Assembly: GCF_036321535.1 (NCBI RefSeq)
Contig: NC_087436.1
Coordinates: 8,432,001-8,496,000, forward strand
Direction: 5' to 3'
DNA length: 64,000 nucleotides
From: Camelus dromedarius
Lineage: Eukaryota
Shown here: piece by piece, positions 27,423-40,400 of the stretch
Layout of the letters: every line of letters starts with the position of its first letter
Position numbering within the stretch: the first letter of the stretch is position 1
Made by a program: the position numbers and the translations under genes
The notes under the pieces: model-generated
What the model was told of the DNA's origin: nothing
The model's database searches: none
The model's input: the letters and a program-made list of their open reading frames with translations, nothing else

Positions 27423-27912
27423 TGTTGTTCAGGCAGGATTCAGTCAAGGAAGCAGAGTCACTCTGAGATTTATGGGATAAGGGATTTACTGTACTAATTT
27501 GACCTCTTACATTTATCATTGGGGCTTGGACAACAAAACCTTGAAAGGGTAGTAGGGAAACAAAGAAGCTTCTAACCAGTCCATGTGAAAACACTTCTAT
27601 CCTCCAATGTAGGCCTGAGAAGGAGAAACTCATGGTGGGATCTTTGGGTAGCTTTATCTCTGTGGGTTCACAATTAAGTATATGGTCGTGGGCTTGGGGC
27701 CTCTGTTGGAAAGGTCCAGCAGTCAGAAAGAAGTGCTAAGGAGATCGTGGAGAGGCTGGAACGCATGGGTCTGTGAAAATCTTCAGTAAGGACTCCTGCT
27801 TTACGTCTGTTTTCCAAATTCCATGCACACTTCTCCTTTGGCCAACTCTACCCTAGAATGGTACATGGAAGGGGATTCTGGAAAACATAGTTCCAGATTA
27901 GTCAAATCAACA
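27423..27912 (-). mobile_element. Ancient ERVL-class LTR
   Basis: caggattcagtcaaggaagcagagtcact at one end and ttggccaactctaccctag...ggattctggaaaacatagttcc at the other resemble antisense ERVL LTRs; subfamily uncertain. Confidence 0.55.
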
Positions 27913-28929
27913 GAATGCAAAACATGACTAATGTTCTGGCCCCTTAGTATATCAAATTATCCAAAGCCAGCCTTTAGAGGAGGAAATCAAAGAGTGTGTA
28001 CAACCTTGAGAAATGCACACAGAACAACATACATTTAGTAGAAGAGATGTGCAACATTTCAACTTGACTCAATACAACCAATTTTGACCAAAATTTGGTC
28101 AAAATCATTTGGTCTTGGTTTTTATGTAGGTACAGCTTTTGATTGTGACCAGGCAAAGGTGCCCCATAAAAACTGACTCTAATGTAGGACAGTATGTAAT
28201 ACAACAAAAGCAAACTATACATGTTTAAAGAGGAGCCGTTTTCCTAACTAGACAGTGAGAAGTGCTTGCATTTAGCAGTGAAACATAATGAATAAATGAT
28301 CAAATGTGAGGAGACTGAGATAGATGAAAGACACAACCAGCAGCAATAGCAGCAGGAACTAAAGAAAAGTAACAGTCATTACAGTTTAAAGAAATAGGTG
28401 CCTAGGGGATCCGAGAGGCTCTGGACCCAATAAACGTTTAAATATCCCTGCCCCAGGAGAAAATTAAAAGTCTAGGAGGACAATACAGATTCCAAGGACA
28501 GAATGACAACCTAGAAAACCAGCACAGAGCAGGATCTTGCCTTTAGCTACCTTTTGCTAAAATACTTGAAGTGCTCTTGATAAAGAGAAATAAGCAACTC
28601 AACAAGAAGAGGGCTATTAATGGGTCATAAAATAAATATACATATTAATTAATATACATATAAACCTTTTAGGTAGCTTATGATCATCTTCTTATAGTGG
28701 TATTGCAGATGATTTCAGACCTTGCATTTCATTCCTAAGCACAATTTGAAATAAGCCATTTGTTGTTAAAATAGAAATCCTTTCATCCAAGTGGAATCAA
28801 CTAACTTTTGGAAATAATTTTGGCATACTTATTGGTGATTGCTAAACAACTGGCACATTTACTGTCTGTTGAGCTGACTCTCAAAGGTGAACCTGCCAAA
28901 ACATGTGTTTCTTTCATAAAAGTCTTATT

Positions 28930-29392
28930 TGTGGTGCTGCGTAATACCAACTGGAATTTGTCATACTGTTGCAACTCTTCAAAACCCCCTCTTTCATCAT
29001 AGTGGTTGGAAAGCTAAAAGCTACATTTGTCAATCTTCCTTGAAGCTAAAGTTTATTTATTTAAATTTTTATAAATAGAGATCACTTTCATGGGATTTGA
29101 AAGCAAGTTTACGTTAGATCCTTTTTTTTTTTTTTTTGCACCATTTGTGCCTGGCAAGCAAGACCTGACATATATGAATATTTGTAGCTGATTTCATATT
29201 TTTGCATTTAGCTATACATTTCATAGATGTGAAGCAAACAAAGGATGCATAGCTGAAGATTCCTTATAGTCTGTGTCTCTAAATCTTCAATCGATATTGT
29301 AACCACAAAATTCCTTCTATTAAATTCTTCCCAGTTGAAATACCTGAAGTGGATTCTTACACTGGTTCTTACATTATGCTCTGACAGGTACA
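28930..29392 (+). mobile_element. LTR33-like ERVL LTR
   Basis: Motifs ggttggaaagctaaaagctacattt and aattccttctattaaattcttcccagttgaaatacctgaagtgg. Confidence 0.6.
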
Positions 29393-30939
29393 CAGGTGCC
29401 CCTTATAAGCATTACTTGATCACACACATACTGGAATCTAATAAAATACCACTTACATGAAGTTTTAATATAATTACTTGACCAGGAAAAGAAAACATGA
29501 TTTGTTGTATTGTGAGACTGTGACTCTGTAGTAATATGTTTCAAATACCAAAGGAACTTGAGATCACAGATACCAGGGTTTACCTTAAACTTTCGTGTGA
29601 TCTTGCCTTAATTGTACCAAATATTCTGCAATTAAATAAGAAGATGAAGCATGTGCAAATATTTTGGAACAGTCCTAAGTAGCAATTGACTTGTAATAAT
29701 CATATTAGAAGTTATATAGTGCTTCTCACCCCCAAAAAAGTACAGCTATTTTGACTCTGAAATTAAAAAAAAGAAAACAAATAGAGGAAAAGTATTTAAA
29801 ATAAGTTAGTTATTAGTGGAAAAGCTGATCCATTATCTATAATTTTCTTACCACTGTAATGTTTTATTTATGTTTAATGACTTTCTCATTTGATATTGTT
29901 GATAAGCTTATTTAATGCAGAAAATGGTATCCAAACTTGCCTTATTCTCTGGCTTTGTTCAATTTAAATGAATGTTTATTAGCTAAAGGCTCAGTCAGCC
30001 CATATCGTGAGTAAGGTAGTCAATACATTGGAAATTTCATGCACAGTAGCCAACAGGCTCTGTGATTAGTCTGGCTGATGATCTGGTTCCAGGTAAGTGC
30101 ACTGTCTTTTCCTTCTCTCCTTCCCTAGAAACAGCCCAGCTCTGAAGAGCCCTCTTGTTCTGCCAGACATGGCCTCCTTAGTCAAGTTACAGTCATCTGT
30201 CTTTTTGCTACTAAACCCCACCTGCTTCAATGCCTCTTTTCCCCCTTCTGTTGACATCGCAGTCCAAAAGCCAAGCTTTTCTCTGCTGGACACGATGAAA
30301 GCATTTTAGTTTTCCTTTTCTGTCACACTCCACTGATCTCATAAATCTCACACTCTTTGAAAGCAAGATAAGTTGTTTTCAAGTATATAAAAATTTACTT
30401 AGGCATGTGTTTTGGATGTGTAGCTTTTTATTCAGAAGTTTATAGGAAGCTACATAATTATCAACAGATAGTATCAGACTATTTCACATGCTAGGATTAA
30501 AAGAAATATTGATTAAAAGGACTGCCAAGCTGTGCTACAACACACAAACTCTTTACAGTTGTCAATTGCTCAACAAATCTTCCTGACCTGCTATTTCAAT
30601 AGAAACAGCCTCTCCAGAAGTTTAAAGGAGATCAAAACATGGGATAAAGAAGTGTTAGGTGTTCTCTTTGTAACACCTACTTGCTTCACATATTTTTCTT
30701 CTGAAAGGAAAATCCCTTTATGATGATCAATCATAATGAATCCTATTTGTGTTTAAGATATATTTTGAGTACTGAGAATTAATCTTGCTGACACATCTCT
30801 AATGAGTAAAAATTTAAAACAGGGAAACATCTATTTAAAAAATGTACAAAATAGATGAATCTTCTAAGTGGTATATGAATGTTCACTTTTAACATAAATA
30901 TTTGCATACTTTAAAAATAATCTAAAAATAAGTTTTAGG

Positions 30940-32062
30940 GAAAAAAACAAAAACAATAAACAAGTGGAGTTACGTCAAACTAAAATGCTTCTACACAGCA
31001 AAGAAAACCATTAACAAGACGTAAAGGTAACCTACTAAATGCAAAAAACCTTTTTTCAAATCATTTATCTGATAACAGGTTAATATCCAAAATATATAAA
31101 TAATTCATACAACTCAAGAGCAAAAATCCAAGCTGATTAAAAAATGGTCAGTGCATCTGAATGCATTTTTTTTCCCAAAGGAGACATATAGATGGGTAAC
31201 AAGGACATGAAGAGATGCTCAATATCGCTAATTATCAGGGAAAAGAAAACCAAAATCACAAACAGATGCCATCTTAGAATGACTCTGTTAGAATGACTAA
31301 TATATAAAAGACAAGAAATAACAAGTGTTGGCAAAAATGTGGAGGAAAGGGAACATTTGTGCTCTGTTGGTGAGACTGTAAATTAGTACGAGCACCGTGC
31401 AAAACAGGATGGTGTTTTCTCCAAAAAGTAACAATAGAACTACCATCTTATCCAGCAATTCCACTTCTGGTTATCTATCTGTAGAAAATGAAACACTAAT
31501 TTGAAAACATATCTGCACCCCCATGTTCATTACAGTGTTATTTAAAATAGCGGAAACATGGAAACAACCTAAATGTCCATCTGTCTCTATGAATGGATAA
31601 AGAAAATGTGGCATGGACTTTGAGGTCATTGTGCTACGTGAAAAAAGTCAGACAGAAAAAAGTAAATACATGGTCTCACTTATATGTGGGATCTAAACAC
31701 TAACAAAATTCAATTCAAGCTTATTGATATGGAAAATTACCTGATTTTGGTGATTACCTGAGGTAAGGGATTGGCAATATGGATGAGGATGGTCAAAAAG
31801 TACAAATTTCAGTTAAATAATCAATAAGTCATAGGGACCTTATGGTGTACAGCATGGTGACTATAATTAATATTATATGCATATTTGAAAGTAGCTAGGG
31901 AGAGTGGATCTTGAAAGTTCTCATCAAAATAAAAAATTGTAACTATGTATGGTGACAGATGTTACTTGGACTTATGTCATGATCATTTTGCAATATACCC
32001 AAATTATGAATTATTATATTGTACAACTGAAACTAATATAGTGTTATGTCAATTATACCTCT
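30940..32062 (+). mobile_element. LINE-1 3' end (L1MA9/L1MB-like): ORF2 C-terminus and 3' UTR
   Basis: Motifs aaactaaaatgcttctacacagcaaag, acaagtgttggc and gaaacaacctaaatgtccat; ends atgtcaattatacctc. Confidence 0.9.
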
Positions 32063-34450
32063 GTGGAAAATTAGCAGTAAATGCAATGCACTGTACTGTT
32101 TGCATATCTTACATTAAGCCCTCATTTCTGATACAAATCAAATACAGTGTAATAAAGAGTTTTAGGAAAATGCAGACAATAATATACAATTAAAAAGGGA
32201 AAATCAGTTTTAGCTGAGAAGGGGCCATCTCTGGATAGGCGTATATGAGACTTGGGGTAAGTAGGCAAATGTCTGGTTTTGGTATCCTCTCTAAAGTTCT
32301 GCATGAACTTGACTATTCTTTTAAGACATATGACCTCAAATCTTGCATTGAATAGTGGAGCTAGGCTGAAAAATCTACATAGCCCCTTTCAACTCCAAAA
32401 TTCTATATCCCTATGAGTCCAAGTCCTACAGATGCTTTGGCACTGCTGTCTAAAGCAAAAATCAGAGCATGCGATCATGTGATGAAATTCTGTATTGTCT
32501 CCATTTGTAAGATGTAGTTCAGGAGATGTGGCAAGACACCAAAATGATGCAGGTGAGACAAGTGGTAGCATAGTGCCTGGAGCACGATCACTCAGCAAAT
32601 GTCAGCTTCCCTCCTTTTTACTGTCTAGAATGATTTTCTAAGACTAAATTTTGATGGATAAGGGTTCTACCAGGGTGGTTCTGAAGTACAGAAGGCACCG
32701 TTAGAGAAAATTATGCAGACTTGTCTGTACATTGTAACTGAAGATGGCCCCTATCTTCTTCGCTTACATCTAGGCGTTCTGGTCTATTTATTGCCTATGC
32801 ATATTATTTATTTTTTTATCTTATAAATATATTTGCTGCCTAAATACAGTGTCACGTGAAGGACAGGAGAGGATGTCAGCACAAGCAGGCGTCCTAAGTA
32901 GTACTGATTTGATCTTTCCTACAGGAAAGACTTCTTAAAAGATCTAAGTCACCTGAGCACAATAAAAAAAAAAAATGAAATTTTTTGTGTTCAACCCTGA
33001 AAAGCAATCTTCAACAAAATCATGTATTATTTTGGTGCATATCATGATAACCTGTGGTACATTTTCAAATGACAAGTATCTCTCTTAACCTATGTGCTGA
33101 GTGTAAATGATATGTTGCAAGTTCTTGCTTCCTCTTCCTTTTGATAATCACTGCAATTGTAGTATGGTGACAAGGTGATGTAACCTTAAGGGGGGGTAAA
33201 TGATAGTGTAAATGGTTGAAAACGAAGCATAAGGCTGCATTTCTTGATTATTCCAAAGGACCTGTTTGTCTTATGTAATTCTTCCCATTTTCATGATATA
33301 TCACATTTTCAAACATATATCATAAAAGTTGATGCTAGAGAACACTGGACAAACACTGAGAGTTGAATGGACTGATCATTTAAGTTCCCAGTGAACTTGG
33401 GCATACGGTTTTCAAGATTCCTGAAGCAGACATGTATAGCAAATAATTCATGTATATGTTTGATAATTAGGCTCATGTTAGGGCTACTGATAGAAGAAAA
33501 CAAGTTTAAAACTACTTGTGCTAGACAAACTTAATTGTCCTTTAGAGTTCCTCACAATCAAATTTATTCTAATATTTAAGGAATCTTGGATGAGAAATAA
33601 GGCAAAAGATAGGGTACTTGGTAGAAATGTACATTGAAGGGAAAGTTTCAATAATGTGGATGACAAAGATTTTTTTTAAAGATTAAGTAGAGAAGGGTAA
33701 ATGATGGTAAGACTGGAGGAGAGAGATGAGCCAGGCTTCTATAACAGTCAGAGGACATTTGTCCTCTGAATTCAGGGGTCACCCAGCCAGTTAGAATTAA
33801 CAAGTCTCATTTGTTGTCAAAATTAACCAGATAAATCATTTGTCAAACTCCATGAATTTTCACTCACTGCAAGATTATGAAATGGATGAATAAAATAAAC
33901 ACATACTTGAAATGTTATGATTAATATTTTGGCCTCTGAAGCACTTGGACCAAAAATAATAGGAAATTAAATGCTTTAAAGGGAAGATACCATACTTGAA
34001 AAATTACTCATATTTGTTCAGCATACAAGCAAAAATTCTATGACAGAGAAAATATATTTGTTATGTTCCTGTACTAAGTTGTGACTGATTGATAATTTAC
34101 TCACAGTAAAGAAATTCTAAATTATGATCCTCAAATTTCCTAACCTCAAGGAGTTTCCTCCTATGGAAAGGAACCAGGGTGAGTTCTAGAATAAATAGCA
34201 TTTTAATTTTTATTATGGCTAATATTTGGACAAAGTTGTTTGTTGTATGAGATATTTTAATCAGTTATTAAAAGAATAAATTCTACTCTATGAAGTAATC
34301 AAATAAAAACTCCTGAAATAAATTCCAAATTGTGACAGTCATTAGAGACAGTCATCCATCTCCTGGGTGGTCTGAAACCACAGGACTCCCAATTTCACTT
34401 CCAGTGCAGAAGACCACAAATGCTTAGGTTTCTCATCTTGCTTTCTGGGT

Positions 34451-34675
34451 CAGCAAGGTCCAATAAAAGTATAATGGGAGCCACATATATAATTTTCAAT
34501 TCTATTAGCTACATTAAAAATAACACTAAAATGATATTTATTTTTTAAATAGACTATTTTGGGGGAACAGATAATAAAAAATAAAATTAAATATTCAGTT
34601 CTTCAGATGCACTGGCCACATTTTAAGTTCTCTGGAGCCACATTTGATTATTTGCTACCATGATGGACAGCACAG
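34451..34675. mobile_element. MER3/MER33-like hAT-Charlie MITE
   Basis: cagcaaggtccaataaaagtataatgggagccacatat...gctaccatgatggacagcacag with degenerate inverted termini (gtcca/tggac). Confidence 0.75.
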
Positions 34676-34919
34676 CTATAGGCATCTCATCCATTTTCTT
34701 GCTATAAAGAATTTATTTGGGTAATTCTCAAATTCACTTTTCCATCTTAACTTCATTTCTCAATATTGCTGTGTATTTCTAAAGGTCTATAAGACAGCTC
34801 CATTTGTTCTTGACATTCAGTTTATTTAAAAACTGAACCCATGCACCACTTCTAGAATTCTTAGTCTTTATTATTAGGACCACTCATATGTCTTTATCCT
34901 ATAATCATACCATGTGAGG

Positions 34920-35140
34920 GAGTAGAAAGTACCTGAAGTTAGGAGCCAGAGTTAGGTGTGAATGCCTATGTTAGCACTTTCAAGCTAACCATTTCATCTC
35001 TACAGACTTCCAATTTTTTAATCTTTCAAATTATCATAATAATACCTTTCAAAATGAATTATTATGAAATTAAGATATAACTGTGAGATTATTAGCAAAA
35101 CAATAAGCATACAGTACCTGCTCAATAAATGCCACTTATC
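34920..35140 (+). mobile_element. MIR SINE
   Basis: Degenerate core, ataataataccttt, and tail gctcaataaatg. Confidence 0.6.
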
Positions 35141-36859
35141 CTCTTTCTTATCTGTTTATACTTTTCTCTACACTGTCACTTAATTCTGCCCTCACTTACC
35201 TGTCAAATAATTTCTTCCCAGGTCAGTTCTACACTATGTTTCTAGACTGACTTTTTACCTTCAGGTCTGTATAAGCACACCTATATTTTTGGATCAGATG
35301 AATCATCACAAAAATCTAACTGTTTACATGCCTATCCTGTTTTAAAAAAAAATAGTCAATATATATTCACCTACAACCAAAACAGTAATATCTACTGAAT
35401 TGAATAAAATACTTACAGCATTTTGCAATGCATTCTCTTTTCAAATTTTTCTTATTCCACAGCTCATACCATGTGGCCAAATTTAAAGAGAACATTTATC
35501 ATTTCCAGAGAGGTCTTGTATTGTATTACTTGAATTCTTTCTGGAATGCTATTTTTTTCCAACTGGAATACTCTTTCTATTTCAACCTGACGAGTTACAC
35601 TCATTTATCAGGACATCTTATTACATTTAGATCTGTAAATTGTAATTCCTATTTGTACACCGTGAGTGAAAATGACATTCTGGTACCTTCTATTCTACTC
35701 ATTTTGGATAAAGTAATCCCTTTATAATGATAATTTCTGGTAAAATAAATGCAGCCAAGCAAATAAATGTCAGGTTGTCTTTGATTTTTTTTTCTTTGAA
35801 TTTGACCTTTTATGGCTTATTTCTTTAGCTTGTTTGACTCTCTGTATTCATATAAACTAAGTTTTCTTGGCTCAGTTAAATATATCACTGTAAAACTCTC
35901 ATTGATGTATGAATTACAAATTGCATGTTCCTGGACATGGGTAATATTAAAATGACACATTAAGACAGAGATAAAGTCAATGCTCATTGATAGAACAAAC
36001 ATTGATGCTCCATTTTGAATTGAATTTTGACTGAATTGAAGGTTGCTATAATATAACATGCATCTTCACTACACTCTGATTGTAAATGAAATTGGAGGGG
36101 ATGAACAAGGAAGAGAATTCGAGGTGTAAATACCACCGTGTGGTGTATACTGCATTTTCGTTCACCATGTGCACTATAATATTTCCACTATCCCAGTTCC
36201 ACAATTTCAAAAGATAAAATATTTATGTCCATGTCTACTGAGAGAGTATGAAAAAACTCCATCCAAAGTGAATTCAAATGACAACTGAAACCAGATTATA
36301 ATACTATAAAGAATGCATCTGATTTACATATTTTTGGAAATTTTCAATTCTAAAGGTTTTAAGCAACACTAACTGAAAACTCAAAAGATATTTACAAATT
36401 ATACTTGAACTAAAAATTTTGGTATAACCTCTTCATGTTTATAAACAAATCATTTATTTCTAAATTTTATAGAGATCACATATTTTGTATTTCCTTAATT
36501 TATATCTCAAATCCACCATTGTATACATATATACCATAATATAACACATGTATATATGCAATAACTTTATTATAATTATCTTATATTAATTTATTTAAAT
36601 TGTGGCTGAAAGACCTCTAGATCTATGAAAATTTCTCAATCAATTCAAGATGACTAAAATCTAAAGAATTTAGTAGGAAGCAAGCCAATAATATGTGTAA
36701 GATACTGGCACAAATTCTGTAAATGGGAATCTTATATTCTGGAATCTGATTACTAGCAAACAAAGGCTTTTTGATTTTCTCATTTCAATGACCTACCCTT
36801 CATGAACCTCATTATTTTATTCCACATTAAAGATCTCTAATTGGGCACATATTATCTTT

Positions 36860-37308
36860 AAATACAAATCTTTTCCACCTTTCTCTAACACCCAATAACC
36901 AAATGCTCACAGTTGCCCTAAACTTATCCACTAAACTTTGGCTTCACCTAACTTTAATCAGACTTCTTTCCTCCCCAACCAAGTTTGAGAAAACACTAAA
37001 GCACGAAGTTCAGAATGTAGCTCCTCACCAGCTCGATGTGAGAATCAGTGAACTACGCTGAGAGACATTTCTTGCTAGTTCATGGCATCCTGATTCATCA
37101 CCTGCACACTCAAGCTGCTTACTCTCCTCTCTCACAAAATCCCTGCCAGCCCTACTTAGGTATATGTATAAAAGAAAAGTGTTTTTTGTTGTTGTTTGCT
37201 TGACTGGGAGAATGTTTGTGAATTACTGAGATCAGAGCCTCCTCTCTACTGCAACAGTCTTTTTTCAGAAAGTCTCAGATCTAAGTCTAGATTTCTTTTT
37301 GTTTGGCA
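36860..37308 (+). mobile_element. Ancient ERV1-type LTR (possibly MER110-like)
   Basis: TATA-like gtataaaag near 37167 and a U5-like end, cctctctactgcaacagtc...ctaagtctagatttctttttgtttggca; the 5' boundary is uncertain. Confidence 0.5.
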
Positions 37309-37407
37309 CTACATTCTCCTCCTCTCTCACCAAAGAGCCACTCACTAATCAATTATATTCTTTACTGAAAACTCAGGCATCTACCTAGAAGTGGTCAGAC
37401 CAATTAT

Positions 37408-40400
37408 TAGGGTTTTATTTTAGAACGGTTTTAGGTTCACAGCAAAAATTGAGAGAAAGCTATAGAGATTTCTCATGCAACTCCTGCCCCCACACATGTA
37501 AAAACATTATCCCACATTATCAACATCCTACACCAGACAAGTCTCTTTTTACAATTGATAAACCTGCATTGGCACATCACAATCATCCAGAGTCTGTACA
37601 TCACATGAGAGTTCACTCTTGGAGTTGTGCATTCTATTCATTTGGACAAATGTACAATGACATGTATATATAGAGTATTTTCAAGGCCATAAATCTCCTC
37701 TGTGCTCTTTTTACCCCTCCCTTCTACCAACCTTTAGCAATCACCAAATCTTTTTACTGTCTCCATAGTTTTTTCTTTTCCAGAATGCCAATAGTTGGAA
37801 TCATACAATATATAACTTTTTCAGATTGACTTCTTTCACTAAGTATTATGAATTTAAGGTTTCTCCGTGTCTTTTTATGACTTGACAGCTCATTTATTTT
37901 TAGTACTGAATACTGTTCAACAGTTTTGTTTATTCGTTAACCTTCTGAAGGGTATTGTGGTTGCTTCTAAGTTTTGGTAATTATAAATAAAGCTGTTATA
38001 AACATTCATGCGCAGGTATGTGTGTGGACATGTTCCCAACTCATTTAAATAAATAATAAGAAACTGCCAAACTGTCTTCCAAAGTTGCCATGTCATTTTG
38101 CTTTCACACCAATGATGAATGAGAGTTTCTGTTGCTCTATATCTTTGTTAACATTTAATGCTGTCACACTGCTGGATTTTGGCCTTTGTAATAGGTGTAT
38201 AGTGGTATCTCATTGTGCTTTTAATTTGCATTTCCCTGATGAACTATGCTGTGGAGCAACTTTTTATGGCTTTTTTGCCACCTCTAAATCTTTGATGAGG
38301 TGTCTGTGAAGATATTTAGCCCATTTTTAATCAGGTTTTTTTTTTTTTTTTATTGTTGAGATTTTTCTGTCTCAAGATTATGGTTTAAGGTTTTTTCTAT
38401 TTTTGGTAATAGACCTTTACCACGTAAGTCCTTTGCAAATATTTTCTCCCAGGCTGTGTCTCTTCTTATTCTCTCAACATTGTCTTTCAAAGAACAGAAG
38501 TTTTTAATTTTAATGAAGTCCAGCCTATCAAGTCTTTCTCTCATGGACTGCAGCTTTGGTTTTACTTCTAAGAAGTCACTGGGATGCCTACGACCTTCTG
38601 GGTTTTCTCCTATATTATTTCCTAGGCTTGCTTTTAATAGTTTTGCGTTTCTCATTTAGGTCTATGATCCATTTTGATTTAATTATTGTGAAAAGTTAAA
38701 GATCAGTGTGTAGGTTAATTTTTTCTGTATATGAATGTCCAGTTTTTTCAGCACAATTTGTTGAAAAGACTGTTTTTGCTCCATTGAAATGCCTTTGCTC
38801 CTTTGTCCGAGATCAGCTGATTATAATTATGGGGGTCTACTTCTGGGATCTTTAGTCTGTTCCATTGATCTATTTGTCTGTTCTCTTGCCAATAGCACAT
38901 TGTCTTGATTGTATAGTAGGTCTTGAAGCCGAGCAGCATTAGTCCTTCAACTTTGCTCTTCTTTTTCAATCTTGTGTTGTCTGTTCAGGGTCTTTTGCCT
39001 CTCCATATAAACTTCAAAATGAATTTGTCAATATCCAGAAAATAACCTTCTGGCATTTTTACTAGCACTGAATTTAATCCATAGATCAAGTTAGGAAGCA
39101 CTGACATCTTAACAATATTGAAATTTCTATCCATGAACATGAAGTATCTCCCCATGTGTTTAGTTCCGTTTTGATTTTGTTCATCAGAGTTTTGTAGTTT
39201 TGTTCATAAATGTTGTACATATTTTGTTAGATTTATATTTAAGTATTTCACTTTTGGGGATGTGAATATTATAGGTATTGTGTTTTTATATTATTTTTAC
39301 TTTTTATCTTGTTGATGTGATGGGTTACACTAATAGATATTTAAATGTTGTACCAGCTTTGTACACCTGTGTTAAATCACAAATGGTTGTAGTGTACAAT
39401 TCCTTGTATACATTTCTGGATTTGGTTGCTGGTATTATGTTGGGAAGATTCTCATTTATGTTCATGAGAGATGTTTGTCCATAATTGTGTGAATTTTAGC
39501 AGGTTGTGTCTTTGAAGGAGTTGTACCATTTCACCTAAGTTATCAAAATTGTTAGCATAGAGTTGTACAAAGTACTCATTTATTATTCTTTTCATAATCT
39601 TAGGATCCATAGTGATATCCTCTCTTTCATTTTGGGTATTTATAATTTGAGTTCTCTCTCTTTTTATCTTAATTAGCCTGTCTAGAAGCTAATAGAATTT
39701 TTTTATTTTATCAAGGACCCAATTTTTGTTTATTTTCTCTATTAATTTCCTTTTTAAAAAATTAGTGATTTATGCTTTAACTGTTATTATTTCTTGGGTT
39801 CTGTTTACTTTGGTTTTATTTTACTCTTCTTCTAATTTCCAAGGTGGAAACTTAGATTATTGATTTTACATCTTCCTTCTTTTCTAACATATTCATTCAA
39901 TGCCATAAGTTTCCTTATAAACACTGTTTTTGCTGTATCCCACAAACTGATAAGCTGTGTTTTCATTTTCATTTAGTTACAAATATTTTCCAATTTCTCT
40001 TGAGATTTATTCTTTGACCCATTATGTTATTTAGAAGAATATTGTTTAATCTCCATTAATCCCATATTTGGGATCCTCCAGGTACGCTTCTGATTTCTAG
40101 TTTGAGTCCATTGTAATCCAAGAGCAGGCATTGTATAATTTTTATTCATTTAAATTTGTTAATTTGTGTTTTATTTTCCAGAATGTAGCCTGTTTTGATG
40201 AATATTCCAAGTGAGTTTAAGAAAAAATGTTTATTCTGCTGTTGTTGGATGAAGCAGTCTGTAAATGTCAATTATACCCAGTTGATGGATGATATGGCTG
40301 CGATCAACTATGTTCTTACTGATTTTCTGCCTCCTATTCATTTCTGATAGTGGGGTGTTGATATCTCCAAGTACGTGAATTTATGTATTTCTCTTTGTAA